Below are positions 34,633 through 49,454 of a stretch of DNA of 64,000 nt, piece after piece. A model generated the notes under the pieces. That model ran no database searches. It had not been told where the DNA came from and saw nothing but the letters and a program-made list of their open reading frames with translations. The translations under genes were made by a program, and so were the position numbers. Source of the stretch: Tubulanus polymorphus (Eukaryota > Animalia > Nemertea); NCBI RefSeq assembly GCF_964204645.1, contig NC_134033.1, positions 1,260,131 to 1,324,130 of the forward strand, given 5' to 3'. The stretch's first letter is position 1; every line of letters begins with the position of its first letter.

Positions 34633-37600
34633 AGGAGAAAAAACAGCCGCCCTTGTCAGCGGCTATTGCAGAGCTACTGTGCGTAGAGAATAGTACATGT
34701 ATAAGACTCGATATCAGTAATTGAATTAGTGATCGGAGCTCGGTCAAAGCGAAGTTAACGTCATTTTCCCCTCAGCAGCAGCCCTACACACGTGTAAAGA
34801 TAAATACAGCATCTCTTCATCTAGGCGGTTAAATGCCACTGGAACGACATTTTGTTGAGAGCGTCTGTCAACGCCGCAAACACATCTCACACGTCGCTAT
34901 ATCATAACGATGTGAAAAATAATGTTTAATATTTTTGTTTCGCGTCGAATTCTCGTCAGTTTACATACATACAGAATTGGCAATTAAGATTATGTATAGA
35001 CGTAGAAATATACTGAGCTATTTATACAACATTTCTATTAGAAATGTGAACTTAAACATAGACAAATAAAACACTTCAATTATTCTATTAGAAATGTGAA
35101 TGTAGATAAAGACTTAAAAAAACATTTCAATACTTTTTTTTATATATAAGAAATGTGAGTTTAAGGATCATCTGGTAGAAGGGACTTCCGATCTCGGATG
35201 CATTTGGGCAATGAATTCCCTGAAGCAGGAATTGTGCGCAGGTTTTAAACCATTTTTTTGAATTATAAGAATTTCTTCTTCGTGATTGGGCTCTTGACCA
35301 ATTACTTGTCCGAATCTGGAGCGTCGACGGAGGCGGATCCAGAGGCCAATTTTGGAAGGACTAGTCACATATTTGTCGTCCAAAAGGCAATATTATTAGG
35401 CATACATTTGAAAAAGGGACATTCACGGTGATAACTTGCACGCAAAAGACTCGTACAAGTTACATAAGTCCTCCCTGGACCCGTCAGTGGTCGGAAGAAA
35501 ACCAGTCGTTACAGATCAGCTGGTAAAATCCATCTATCTCCATGTTGGTAGCAATTACAATAAATGATGTTGGTTTTAAAAGTCCTGTGATATATATATC
35601 CGCGCGCGTTTTGCAGGATCGTAAAATTGACACTAAATCTGTTAGTGCGACATGTGAAATATAAGTTCTGACTTGTGTGACGTCATAATGCTCTAGATGT
35701 TTCGGTCGTAAACGCCGGATAATGGTTAAACGATGATGAATCTCTCGACCCGTGCAAGGAAGCCAACCCGCTGGGTCAGGATCTGCGCTCAAAAGTGTCA
35801 GGGAGACCAAGGTGACGGATAATACTAAATAGGCCTATGCGGGAAACAAGGTTATGACCCAAGTGATCAAAATAGAAATCGTACTTCTGTTCGACGGGAT
35901 GCTCGATTAGAAATGATCGCCTTGGGATTTTATAGAAGCGAGGCGAAACGAAATGTGTGATCATCAATTTACGTGGCCAGGCCTGTGTAGTCTGCGAGAT
36001 CGTGGGTCGATACGGCTAACGGACCTTCCACGGACCACTCACGGCGTGATGTATAAATACTGTGACCAAATAACGGTCACTTTTTGATTGTTTATCAAAC
36101 CGTTGAACGAATAGTGTCGGAACCTATTGAATCTATACCCAATATCACTGATAAAAAAACAGTTCTCCTAATTCGACCAATCATCCTAATATCTGTGTTC
36201 TTCGATTTCCGATTTCAAAATCAAACGCCGTGTTTAGTTACCGGCAGGTGTTTGTGTGTGTGTGTGTGACTAGTGGGTTTGTACGAGAGACTACCACGAA
36301 ATCAATTAACGTATGAAATAAGATTGTCAATCATCTGATTTTCAAATGTATATAACAGAACTCCGTTGTTGCTCCGCTGGTGTATCGTAACCGCACGCCT
36401 AACAGAAGGTGTTTCACGGTGACGGTGCGGATATATGTTTAACGGCTCGATGTTAAATCTTCTCGATGCGATGCGACTCGACGCAGGAAATTAATTGTCA
36501 CTGCTGCTGCTGCTGCTGCTGCTGGTGGTATGCGGTTTGTAGATGTTAGTGATACTGAGTACAGCTACCAGCCATCCATAGTAATTGTGGCTTCGTCCAT
36601 TCTCTGAGGATTGTGACTGAATGTCGGGAGAGCTTTCTAGATATTTCGGAATCTTTGTGCTTAGAATGGGGGAGGGGGGGGGGGCATTTAGGAGTCGAAC
36701 TCACAGGAAGTAGCCACCTTGTTTAGCAGTGGCGGATTTCCCAGAAATTTTGGATCGACCTTTTTAGCGCATTGTGTCTTGAAATATTTGTTTTGTTCCC
36801 CTGTGAAAGACAAGAGGTCTCACGTATAGAATTCAATGTTCTCACGACAAATACCTTTTGAGAGATATGAGAAACTCCAGAAACTCGAGGAACTTCAGGA
36901 TGCCCAGAACTCCAGGGGCTGGCTGGTTGCGCAGTTGTGTCCAAAAGTGGACTTAGATCTTAAGATTGGTCTTAAGTTGTTAGATTTGCTATAGAACTAA
37001 GTTGGTCTAAGACCGGTTTTAACTCTTAGCCGTGACTATGCAACCGACCACAGGAAGTCCAGGAAGCTATCTTCATCGAAATTGGTATCATTGTTCTCTG
37101 CAATAACATCTTCAAATACTCGATACGCCTGCATCCAATCGTTACAATATTCATTTTTCCTGGTACCAGCGCAATATATGTATAGCCCACAATTAGGGTA
37201 ACTGGGGATTCGATTCTGTGAACCGCGAGATGAAAATAATATACAGCATCTTATATCGTTGGCGTGGTCGTCAGTTGATGGATATAGTTTGTATTATCAT
37301 TAACAAACCGCAAGCATATACCACAATACAATCGCCAGCATACCATAGAACGCTAGATCTCATTCATATCGTCTGCCAACGACTGGCAACTGGTCCCGCG
37401 AGGGCGTCGTCCATTTTTCACGTCATTCTTAGTCCGATTTTCCTATATAAAAATATAATAAGCCATTCTCCGGATATTGTATGTATTATATATATGTAAT
37501 GACATATTGGCTCCGATGTTGACACGAGATGTCGCCAGAATGTTAACATGGAGTACGATTCTGTTTGTACGAATAGGGCATAAATTGTGTCGTATTTTTT

Positions 37601-39512
37601 TTTTCGACGACGCTGTTCTGTGTGGAATTCTAATGACGAAGATTTGCTCCAGTTTTTGTTAAATGACTCCGTTGTCTGATGGTACTCGGACATAGCTCTG
37701 CAGTCGCGAGTTGGATGTTTACAGTTGGATTTAGTTCATCTTTTGGTTATTTCGATCGCTTTTAAGTTGTCGAGTTTTGAATTCGGTGTATTTTCAATCG
37801 TTCGACTCAAGATAAGCGAAGTCCGATCAGAACTGCGAAAAGCGAGGCCTTTATTTCCGAGAAAGGGGTAAAACCAAATCCTCACGGTTCTTTGCGAAAC
37901 ACAAAACCAAAAAACGTACACGAGGCCAAAATTCGGCTTAGTTATCCCGTAAGACCATCTATGACCAAGCTAAAATTAAAATACTTCTAGATATCCTTTC
38001 GTTCCAAGTTCTAGATTTTTTAACATTTTTTTTTCAGGAAAATAAACCGTTCTAGGGGTAACCCGTAAAATCACATGCTAATTCGGACTTCTTTCATTTG
38101 GAAGATCTGCGCGTACTAATTAACCTCGTGTCAGTACGGTAGGTGTGAACAGGCTCGACCGACACACCTGTTGCATATCCATACGCGCAATCCCACGTAC
38201 TATTTCTTTAACCCGGTCGGTCTCGATGTTACGTTACAGATATGATGTATTGGTTAGAATATACACACATATATATTTGTTTGTCGAGGAGAGACAGAAG
38301 AGACGGAGTACTGATGTCCAATTAACCCGAAACGGCCGAGAACGGCGTCTGTCTTCGTTTCACACGGCAATTATCATCTTGCTGATAGACGGTTATTGGG
38401 TCTTCGGCGGCAGACGACAGCAGATAATTACCAGCACCGCCGCATCATCGTGCGCACTAAATAAACTACCTTCCTCTCTATCCGCCGGAGTTTTCTTGTC
38501 GTATCAATTAACCGCCATTTTGTCACCTTTCCGTGCGTACATCGTTAACCGAGAAATGACGAAGTCGCTTCTGTTTTACGATTCTATCCATATCGAGACT
38601 CGTTGGGAGAGAGAGACCCGTTTCTACATTTAGTTTTGTCAGTTTGAATTTGTGGTTGTTGTTTTTTATCTTGTTCTACGTCGTTAAGATCTTGGTTTCC
38701 ACAACTGTGTCTCTATTTGATTGTTCATATTTAACCACACGACGTATTTTCCGTAGTGTGAACGCAGATTCGGCGCTTAGCTAGCCGCGTATTCACATCC
38801 TCGTAGTACAATACACTTAGCACTAGTTACACTGCCCTCTATCGGCACACCGGGTGACTACTATACTGAGCTTACTAAGCGCCGAATCGCCGACTCTTAG
38901 TTTGAACGTAACTGGCTGTATAAGCGCCGTATTTTGGTGAATTCGGCACCAGCTAAGAACTATACTTCGTAAGCGCCGAGAATCAGTGTTAACGCGTCTT
39001 ATATGTAAATTATGTATTTATATGTGTCCATATCTTATTACATTACGATATGATATATGATATGATATGAGGCGGACAAAAAGTTTCGTGACAATCTTTC
39101 AAATTTTTGTCTCCGTTGCCATTAGTTACATCAATATTTCAATGGAGGCATTTCATCGTATCTTTCCTTTAAAAGTCTCGTCTCAGGAAAAGACCCCTCC
39201 ACCCCGGCTCAAAAATATCCGACTGGAATGTGGAACTGGATCCGGTTACTCAAAAGATGGTTCCTTCCGATGAATGCCGTGGTAGAATATACTTTTAATT
39301 ATCATTATATCAACTATCAAATGGTTAACTTTAACCGACTTTTGAGCAACTGCAGCCCGAACTGTGTCCAGTTACTGTGAACTGGGTCCAGTAAATATGG
39401 CTGCAGTTGCTCAAAAGTTGGTTATAGAATTAGCTATTGGATAGTTGACATTGAGACAATTAAAGGTATATTTTAGCGACGAATAGTGAATCACATTATA
39501 ACCAAGGTATTC

Positions 39513-39705
39513 GTGAGGCAGTGGCCGAGTGGTTTAAGCCACCGGTCACTGGTCACATCGATCCAGGTTTTCAAACGCTGGTGGCGACAGAGTTTCTTGG
39601 TCGAAGGTTCTTCTCCGGTCTCTACTCCATTGGGAAAAAGAAACATCGAACCCGCTTATAATGCCCTGCGTGGCGCTTAGCGGGTTGAGGGTGTTTAATA
39701 ATAAT
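39513..39705 (+). mobile_element. tRNA-derived SINE nested in a MITE (39399-39748)
   Basis: A-box TGGCCGAGTGG, degenerate B-box GGTTCTTCTCC, (TAA)n tail; flanked by ctgcagttgctcaaaagttgg and ccaacttttgtgagcaactgg MITE halves. Confidence 0.6.
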
Positions 39706-40224
39706 CAGGCAGTTATCTTAATCCAACTTTTGTGAGCAACTGGTCCCACATCTTTGGAAATCAACAGTTTTTATAACTGTGGAATCAGATCCTAAAATTC
39801 ATGACAGTGACAGTAGAAATCGATGCGTACGTTTCCCGGCAGTTTCACTCCGACACGCCTATTTCCGTTTCTCGTCCGGCAGCCGGCTGTGGCCATAACG
39901 TGACCGATCGTCTGTTACTAATCTCGTATAAACTCGACTGTTGTACGTCCGCTGAATACAACTACACAAATCCGCGTCTGTAGCCGCCTCGTTATGGGAT
40001 TATAATCGTTATTGTGAGATGGATAGGTTCGTCATCTGTGACTGACGTGCGTCGTCAACTCGTCGACAACTCGACGCGTCGCACGCGAAATCCAAATCAC
40101 TGTACGATTTTATTATCTAATTGTTTCTGCTACTTTCTTCTCGCTGTCAATTTTAAATGTCAATATGTTGACTCAATAGTGATTTGATTTCTTTTAGTCA
40201 ATGGTAGAAATCAATATTTGTCGG

Positions 40225-40445
40225 CAAGATTTCTATTTGACAGTTCTTGTTGCAAGATATCTATCTCCATTCACTGTTCCTTGTGTCAGATTTCTATTTA
40301 ACTGTTTTTGGTTGCAAGGTCTCCAGTTGACTGTTCCTGGTTGCAAGGTCTCTATTTGACTGTTCCTGGTTGCAAGATCTCCATTTCACTGATCTTGGAC
40401 AAGATTTCCATTTGACTGTTCTTCGGCAGGATCTCCATCTAACTG
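40225..40445 (+). repeat. Degenerate about 30-bp tandem repeat (caagatYtcYatttgactgttc)
   Basis: About 7 diverged copies. Confidence 0.7.
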
Positions 40446-40977
40446 TTTTACCACAAGCCCATCTGCAACTAGCCTGTCTCTGTCTCTAGTCCACTAGTCA
40501 CCCTCGGTCAAATAGTCTAGACATCATTATCAGAAATATCAGAATTCATATATTTCGACAATTGATTAACGTTTCGAATTAGCGGCGAATAGTGAATCGG
40601 GGTTGGCGTCTAAACGTATCACGGCGGTGGTGTGTGGTGCCGTACCAACAGTATATAGCTGAAACCACATTAAACCCTCTCTCGTCGATGTTACAAATTA
40701 AACCGTAGATATCATGACGTCTCTAGTCATTGATGTCGCATTCATCCGTTAATGGTTTCAACTCGTCGTTGTTGGTTTTGAGTAGTCATCAATCTATCTC
40801 GTCGATCGATACTATCGATATTTAATCTGTATCTACACACAGTATTTATATACGAGTGGCTTTGAAATATCGTTACCAGTCATTCAACGCAACCAGCCCG
40901 GTGTGAGAACTAGACGTATTTCAACTTCGAAATCGAAATCTATAACGCAGTAAATTCTGCTCAAATAGAGATTTCTC

Positions 40978-41380
40978 CGACTTGAGATTGATATTTGAGT
41001 TGGATGATACAGTAGACTCCGCTCAAGTCGGATCTTTTGACTTGAGAGTGATATCTGAGTCGAATGGTACAGTAGACACCGCTCAAATCTGATCTTTTGA
41101 CTTGAGAGTGATATCTGAGTTGGATGATACAGTAGACTCCACTCAAGTCTGATCTTTTGACTTTAGAGTGATATCTGAGTCGGATGGTACAGTAGACTCC
41201 GCTCAAATCGGATCTTTTGACTTGAGAGTGATATTTGAGTTGGATGGTACAGTAGACTCCACTTAAGTCGGATCTTTCGACTTGAGAGTGATATTATGAG
41301 TTGGACGGTACAGTAGACACCGCTCAAATCTGATCTTTTGACTTGAGAGTGATATTTGAGTTGGATGGTACAGTAGACTT
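40978..41380 (+). repeat. 60-bp satellite containing TACAGTAGACTCCGCTCAAGTCGG, about 6.7 copies
   Basis: Direct reading; period equals line width. Confidence 0.9.
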
Positions 41381-44300
41381 CACTATTGTTAGAGATCTTT
41401 AGGACAATGTCCGGACTTGTATTAATAATGGTCGCTGATATTTCTATTTTTAATGGCTCTTGACGTCGACGCTGATTTCACACAGAATCAATAAACGATA
41501 TAAAATATCTATGTTAAAGGTAACTGAAGACCTACTCTTGTTACTCTGGTAGAGATGACAGCATGGATATTGCCTCCCTCCCTTTTTCTCCCTTTCACTG
41601 ATTACTCTGCCCCCGACTGAGGAGACAATGTGTCATGACGTGCCAGTTTAATTACACAACTATCTCCTGCCGCGTGTGAAACTATTTCAGCTGTGATGAT
41701 AACGTGTTTTTTTCGAATGTCTGGCTCCGGAGAGTTTCTCGTTCAGCGGTTCCTGTCTGGCGCGCTTCCGCTCCGTGTATGGCTCCACACGATGCCAGAC
41801 CTAACGAACCCATAGCATTGCCGATTCACCGGAGCACTCCGTCTTCGGTAACTACTCGTAACCAGTTATATTCTAGACTGGTCGCCTGTCCAATTCTGCG
41901 CCACCTGCATTCGCAGTCAGAATTTCAGTCGCAATCTTACTGAAGGTAGACCCCGGCAACCAGACTAGTTATTTTCACGTTCACGCGTTAACGTAGTGGT
42001 GGTATTCACCGCGAGCAGGTTCGAGTCCCGACGATCCGGCCGATATTCTCGATAAACTGTTTTTCGAAGCCGGATGGGTTTATTCGTGGTATGATATACG
42101 CGATGTCCGCTACACCATCAAGTAAACACTATTCGCCGGTCAGTCATTCCGTGCCGTATATGTTATCCGATCCCCCGTTCGGCGGTGACGAGGAGACATT
42201 CCCCGCTTGCGTGCGCATTGTTATTTTCAAGCACTGGACACTCAGTCATACCTGCGAGTGGAGGGGGGTAGTTTGACTAATGGCGGCACTTCTAGAAGAG
42301 GTTCGTACTTAGATACGTGTTTTGTGGCGGTCGGAATCGAGACGTCCTCTAAACTAGTTGAAGACTCTGATAGCGGCTCCACGCGTCCTCGAGATGGAGA
42401 GAAAGAGAGTCTCGGCGCGTTCCAGTGGTTGCTTCGCCAAGTTCTGTTTGCACTGAATGCCTGAATCGGGGATTCAGTTATTAGAGGTTTTCAGCTTAAG
42501 AAGTGTACATGTATATATACATGTTCATCTAACGAGCTACAATACAGAGCAATACCTCCACTAGGTGTCGCCAGTTACAAATAGTTAAATTTAAGAAAGC
42601 CTTCCACGGAATTCACTATAATCAAATATAGAATATAGTTCATTGCCCTAAACACTGCAGGTGGGACATAATGTATCGGTTCTTCAGGAAATTTGATATT
42701 ATCTATATACCAATAGGTGATAAGATCCCATCCTGATGAAAGAGAGCTCGTCACGCCATCTGGCGGATCGGAATAGCTGCCGGTGTTGCGCAGTTTCTGC
42801 GGTAAGGACCGCGACGGACGGATAATCGTGTTATTGCGATTTGATAAATGTTCGGCGGTCGCCGTCCCGCACGATCTCGTGTTTATAATGAATCCCCTCC
42901 CCTCAGGATGAGACTCTCGCGCAACCGATTTTAACGATCCAACAACGACGAAAATTACGAGCGTCACGTGACGTCACAACCGTTCGTCTTCATTCAAAAA
43001 CGATTCTCGATGTTTTTATTGATTTTTGCGTAAATTACGGGCGCGCGCAATGTCATACAGAATAATACAGATAGATTTGTGTGCGGTGGAGGGATTGTTT
43101 GTCGTTCCCGCGCGGCACGGATGGGTCGATACTATTTCAACAATAGCGACAGGGACACACTCTCCCCCTACCCCCTCCCCCTCTCACTCCCTCGAATCCG
43201 TCGTGAAGATTTATGGTGTTTACGAGATTTGTCGACGCAGATAAAACAACATTCGCAACCTCGACGCAAACAACTCGTTCCACAAACCGCTGCAGCAATT
43301 GATTTAAAATAGAAATGATTAATTCTTTAATCGATGGCTCATCCTTGACTTATAACAACGAACCGTTGCAAAGATATGACTGTGGTGCGGACTACAGTGT
43401 CTGGGTCCGCCTGCGATGGGGATTCCCTCGTCGGAACATGGGTGGGGATATCCCGATCTCGTGACGTCGTAGTCACATTGTCAGGGGATTTACGAACTTC
43501 TGGGGTCCGCCTGCGACGGGGATTCCCTCGTCGGAACATGATGGGGGAGAGAGGAAAGAGAGAGAGGGACGTCGTAGCTACATTGTCATGGGATTTACAA
43601 ACTTCAAGAGTCAGTCACGTTTGTGTCACCCGATATGCCGTACTACTGCCTGACGACGCCATATTTTCCTCTTAAACTCGTTTTGACAATAATCTGACGT
43701 TTTATTCATTAGATTTGAACGAAACGACGTGTATTTACAGCCGCTCAGCGCTCGCGCTGTTTCGCCGTGTATGTTTGCTTAAATCTAGATTAATTTGAAC
43801 TATTGATACTTAATAATTCACGATCCGAGCGGGTTTCGTTTCGTTTTCTCCCCTGCGGATCATCAATTTATAACGGCGGGTTTTATGTAGGTCTCGCAGT
43901 GTTGTAGCAGCAACAGCAGCAGCAGCAGCGGCAGCAGCGGCACAGAGACGAGTAAATTCTAATTCAAATGTTTACAAAGTTTGATTACAACGCATTAAAA
44001 AACCCGGATCGCTTTATCATAACGCATTATTGTCCTCACTTGCCAGAAGTAGCTCGTTAAGTCAATAATTCTACCGTACACCCAAAGTTAGTACTCTGAT
44101 TGCCCTAGAGCGCGAGGGGCTTGTGATACGCTGTTTAGCACGATCGAATTTATGGCGTTTGACCGACATAACGCGGCGGATTTTAGACGGGTTACCGGTT
44201 GACGGTGGATTTTAGACTGGTTAAACCGACCTATAGTAGACTGGTTGCCTGTCGTTAGAGACCGGTAACCAGTCTAGGCATGAAGCGGATACTAGACGGG

Positions 44301-45118
44301 TTATAGCGGCATATAGCGGATTCTAGGTGGTTTATATTAGGTACTAGCGGTCGTGTTATGCGAGGATGTAGTATAAAGTACGCGACAATTGGAGCATAAA
44401 ATCAGGATAGATCATTCTGAGTTGAGTGACTACCACCACCGGCAGCAGCAACAGCAACGACAGCAGCAGCAACAAGCCAACAATGAATCCTCACAGGAAA
44501 CGTTACAGTTAATGAGATTGGCGCTATTATTTCTCGTCGTCTGTTGGTGTGTCTGTGCGGTGCGGGTGGTTGCTGCTATAAACCGAGTCGCGCGCATGCC
44601 ACCGCTTTCCATTATTAAACAGTCGTTTTATGGTGAAAAGAAAAAATATCGCGTGCGAAGAAATCATTGCTTTAATGGGAAGATTTAATGCCTTAAGTGC
44701 CTTTTTTATTTATCAGACTCCCCTCCCTCCCCCTCAACTTACCCCTTCATCTTCCTTCTCCCTTCCCTCTCCTCCTCTCTCCCCTTCCTCTCCCATATCC
44801 CTCTCAGCTCCACCCTTCATATCTCCCCTCTACTCCATCTCTCTCCCTTCCCTCTCTACCTCTCTCGTCTTCCTCTCCTCTCCTCTCCTCCCTCCATATC
44901 TCTGTCTCTCCCTTCTTACAGTTTCCTCCCCTTCACCTCTAACCTCCATTTACCTCCCTCTTCCAATTTCCCATCATCTTCTTGCACTATATCCCCTCTC
45001 TATCTCTCAAATCATTCCTCGTTACCTCATCATTTTCTCCGACATCTTACCTCTCCTCCTTTATCACGTTCCACCTCCTTTCCTCTCATCTCTCCCCTCT
45101 CCCATAGTTTACCCCCTC

Positions 45119-45212
<94 letters not shown>

Positions 45213-45855
45213 TCTCTCTCTCCCTCCCTCTCCCTCTCACCCACTCATACCGATAACAAAGAGATGAAATCGTTAGGAAGCCGTTTCCATCTGCTCTGCT
45301 GCTGCTGCTGCTTTGTGTCGTTTTCTTTAATTAACGGGTTTTGTTTTCGAACGCGTCCCAAGTGAAAGGTTCCATGTGTTCGGTATGGTCTGACAACCTG
45401 ACGAACTTCCCACGACGTGTGAGGCGATTGATGACGATGGCGCTTCCATTCTGAATCTGATTAGAGACGATTGTTTATGTTTAATTCGCGCGGATAGTTC
45501 ATTCTTCATCTACTCGAATTCCCGACTCGATCTGATGACGATTTTCTCCGCGTGTCACTCACCACACATGATACGCCGGGGTTGTATCGATCGGTTTTAC
45601 CTCCCAGGAACGCTGCTGGCTTTGATGACATTTTAAAAATAACCGTCATATTCCCTCTGGATGTATGTATGGATGGGTGCAGCTCTGACGAGCAAGTGTC
45701 CACCTTAAAGCCGTGTTGACAATGGGAATAAAACCATCTGCCCGTCCCTGGCACAAGGAGTGTTCATTTTTAGTAGTGGGTGTACTGTTTCACGTAAAGC
45801 CTTCGTTTTTGGCAAGGAACTGAAGGCTGGATTCTAGGAGCGGGGAAAATAGATT

Positions 45856-46141
45856 TCGTAGACAGGTTATAAATCTAAGCCATACATGTACAGGTTATAA
45901 ATCTAAGCCATACATGTACAGGTTATAAATCTAAGCCATACATGTACAGGTTATAAATCTAAGCCATACATGTACAGGTTATAAATCTAAGCCATGCATG
46001 TACAGGTTATAAATCTAAGCCATACATGTACAGGTTATAAATCTAAGCCATACATGTACAGGTTATAAATCTAAGCCATACATGTACAGGTTATAAATCT
46101 AAGACATACATGTATGGCTTAGATTTATAACCTGTCTACGA
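45856..46141. repeat. Palindrome with left arm amplified as nine 28-bp units
   Basis: tcgtag(acaggttataaatctaagccatacatgt)x9 then atggcttagatttataacctgtctacga. Confidence 0.9.
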
Positions 46142-48071
46142 TCTTCTTAGTTCTAAAGCTAATCTCATTGAACCAGCTTCTGGTATGTATTCCTAGCGAT
46201 CCTAATACGTTACATACTTTCATGATTCGTCACCGTGGAGGGAAATTAACGAAAAATAAAAAATAGCCGCAAGGCAGCGATATCGGGTTTAAGATGAATA
46301 CTTTTCACATTCAATGAAGTTTAAGACCGGTTTTTAATCTAAGCATAAACTGTGCAATTTATATAGGTCCCGGGGTTAATTTCGATTATCTATAGATCAT
46401 CGGGGTGATAACAAAGAGTGATGGTGAAAAAAAGTCAATGATAAATATCGCCGCAAAGCAGCTAAAACGATTTTCTGCACTGGTCTGGTCCGTAGAGAAA
46501 CAATAATGGAAAAACAATCCTAGGACAATGTGATGATATCAACGAGTGAAAAATAGTTAATAACAAACACAAACATCGCCGCAAAGCAGCTAAACTGGTT
46601 TTCTGCACCCGGGGAAAAAATAAATGAAAAAATAATCCTAGGACAATATGATGAATATTGATGATTAGATAACGGTCTCCCTTTGCTATTATTAATTCTA
46701 GTTTATCGGCGAGTTGTATCTTTAATCGGTATCTAATACACACTCTCTCCCGGACGACGGACGGAACGGCGCGCGCGCCGAATCCGAGATGATGCCGTAT
46801 CTCTGGTACGGATCTACATTTAATATCGGTTGATTAGTTTTACTAGTCGCGGCGTCGTTTAACGGAATTACGAACTGATCGTCTGCGAATTCAGTACAAA
46901 TAGAGAACGGATTACATTTATATTACATACAGATGTACACAACGGCTGTATATATCAGAGATATCAGTGATATATCAGTAACTGACATCGATCGTCTTCG
47001 TAACAGTAACGGCTGCAAAATGGCTTCAATCGTGTTTATTTATGTTACACGTAGTATAGACAGTATTACAGTAGACCGTGTCACCGGTTTATATCGACCA
47101 GAAAAAATCAGTGTCCAGGATGATCAACCTTATATAAAACAACACGTGGAACTCGAGTATAGAGTACGGCTATTATAAACCGTACTATGCTGGGTTGATT
47201 AGACTCTTTGAACTCAGTGCTGACTCTGGATCCATCCAGATCCACTCGTGACCTAAATCGGCTGAAATGGTGGATTTAGATCGTCCTAGTTCTAGCGTAA
47301 ACGCTCGACTTACTTGTAGACCCAGTTCCACAGTTTACACTGGATTCAGTTCTGATTTACGTAGGTCCTAGGACCCACCCAGTTAACCTGGACCTATTTG
47401 TCTACCCAGTTCTGCTGTTAACTCTAGATCCAGTTCTACATTTCTGGATCCACAGTTCTACAATTCTAGATCCAGTTCCACAGTCAACTCTGGACTCAGT
47501 TCTACAGTTTACTCTTGGTCCAGTTCCACAGTTGACTCTGGACCCAGTTCTACAGTTGACTGTGGGCGCAGTTTCCAGTCAAACTCTTGAACAGACTCGG
47601 TTCACACGCGTAGCGTACCATTTTCTGTGGCATCCATTATCGCGTGGTCACGCATGATTGGTCGACTGGATAAAGTGTTGCCAAGCGATGATCGATTGAT
47701 AACCGAAAAATATCGATTTTTTTGCGATGTGTGTTGACTGAACGTGGATGAGCTCACAGTCACACCGAGCCACCAGACTCAGACCTTTCAAAGATGACGA
47801 GTTGAAAGGCTGTCTCTTTCTCTTTCCTCTGATGTATTTCCCAATCAACGATCCATCATTCTGCAGTTCACAGGTTTTGACGGGTTTTTGTTTTTGTTTA
47901 ATTAATCATAAAAACGAATTTTCGTCGAAACAAAAGACGCCACTAAGAGGTCGCGACGTTGACAGTTTTGAGTGACGTTTCTAGCGTCGAAAATATTTCG
48001 TCAAATTCTCAGTGAAAATATTCTGACAGTAGTTTTTTTCGAACGAATCTTTTAGAAATTTTTCAGTCCTT

Positions 48072-48375
48072 AGCTTAGACTGGTCTTAAGTTGTTAGATT
48101 GGTTATAGAACTAAAATGAGCTTAGACTGGTCTTAAGTTGTTAGATTGGTTATAGAACTAAAATGAGCTTAGACTGGTCTTAAGTTGTTAGATTGATTAT
48201 AGAACCAAAATGAGCTCAGACTGGTCTTAAATTGTTAGATTGGTTAAAGAACCAAAATGAGCTTAGACTGGTCTTAAGTTGTATGATTGATTATAGAGCC
48301 AAAATGAGCTTAGACTGGTCTTAAGTTGTTAGATTGGTTATAGAACTAGAATGAGCTTAGACTGGTCTTAAGCTG
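48072..48375. repeat. 47-bp minisatellite derived from MITE interior
   Basis: gagcttagactggtcttaagttgttagattggttatagaactaaaat; reverse-orientation array at about 54915-55350 and degenerate one at 22610-22830; matches interior of the 11808-11945 MITE. Confidence 0.9.
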
Positions 48376-49454
48376 TTGCAAGTCAAGTCATCATTTTAAA
48401 TTCTAAAGAACCATCATTTAGAACCATTGCAATAATAGAATATCAATTATAAATTTGCCTGAACTCAACATCACGAACAAACAAATCACTGGTCAAAAAC
48501 AACGATAGAAAATTGCATGCATTTTGACGCCGAGACTTTCTTAATAAACGATGACAATTTGTTCGCTCAAGATCAAGAGTTTTGCAATTAAATTCTCCGA
48601 CTTTACGAGACTCGTGGGACCGAACGACTGTGCGTCTTGTGAAACAGTCGCGCGTATCAGCGGTAATACATCGGACATTAACGCTATACCTTAGGGAAAC
48701 CAACGTAGCGGTTAAACCACAACCGCCATGGCCGCCGTATCACAGTCGACTGCCCTAGAGTAACGGAACCGATTATCACGTGCCCCGCCTCTTGAAAAAT
48801 GTTTACAAATTTCTCATTTCCAAATCAGATGATAACGTGACCGATCTTTGCCTTTCCGATGCTCTGAAATTCACTTCTCGCCTCGCCGAGAATAGCTACC
48901 AGTCCCGCGAGATATCGCGGTGTCGAGTGTCCTTTCATTAGTGACGTGTCATTGAAATATATCCAAATGCCGGACGACGAAGGCCAGCGGGCGTTTACAA
49001 AAAAATACGAACTCGTTTGTAAATGTTAATGTCAGGTGCGATACTGCAGCTGATGAGTCATTGATATTGAAATGGATAGCGCTTATGCCCGTATTGCAAG
49101 CGAGCTAATCAAATGCTTTTGAAGGTGTGATGAAAGGACAGTCTGGATATTACGTGCGTTAGTTATTATAGATCCAGTCGCTTTAAGAAAGAATATATCG
49201 TCTAGACTCGAGGCTCCTGGCTGCAGGATGTTGTATTGTACCGGTTGAAGTTGGCGACGTTCTGTAATTGCCGGTACGGGAACAAACTGTGTTTGAAGTC
49301 GCTTTGCTTGTGTTCGAATACGTCCATATTTTTATCCAATTTGGGTTAATCTTCACTCGAAATTACATTTTTACAAAAGGGACTTAAAATATTCATCTAT
49401 TATCTATATATATATATTTACATCAATATTGAAACAAATTCATTTATTTTTCCA

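Noticed and set aside
34288-34686. 132-aa ORF with poly-Ala
   Set aside because: TTG start, no splice support, no neuroligin similarity; poly-Ala is a CAG repeat.
49050-49080. CTGATGA...GAAA as a hammerhead (also minus-strand 22530-22562)
   Set aside because: Stem II does not pair at 49050; GAAA core mutated and stems poor at 22530-22562.
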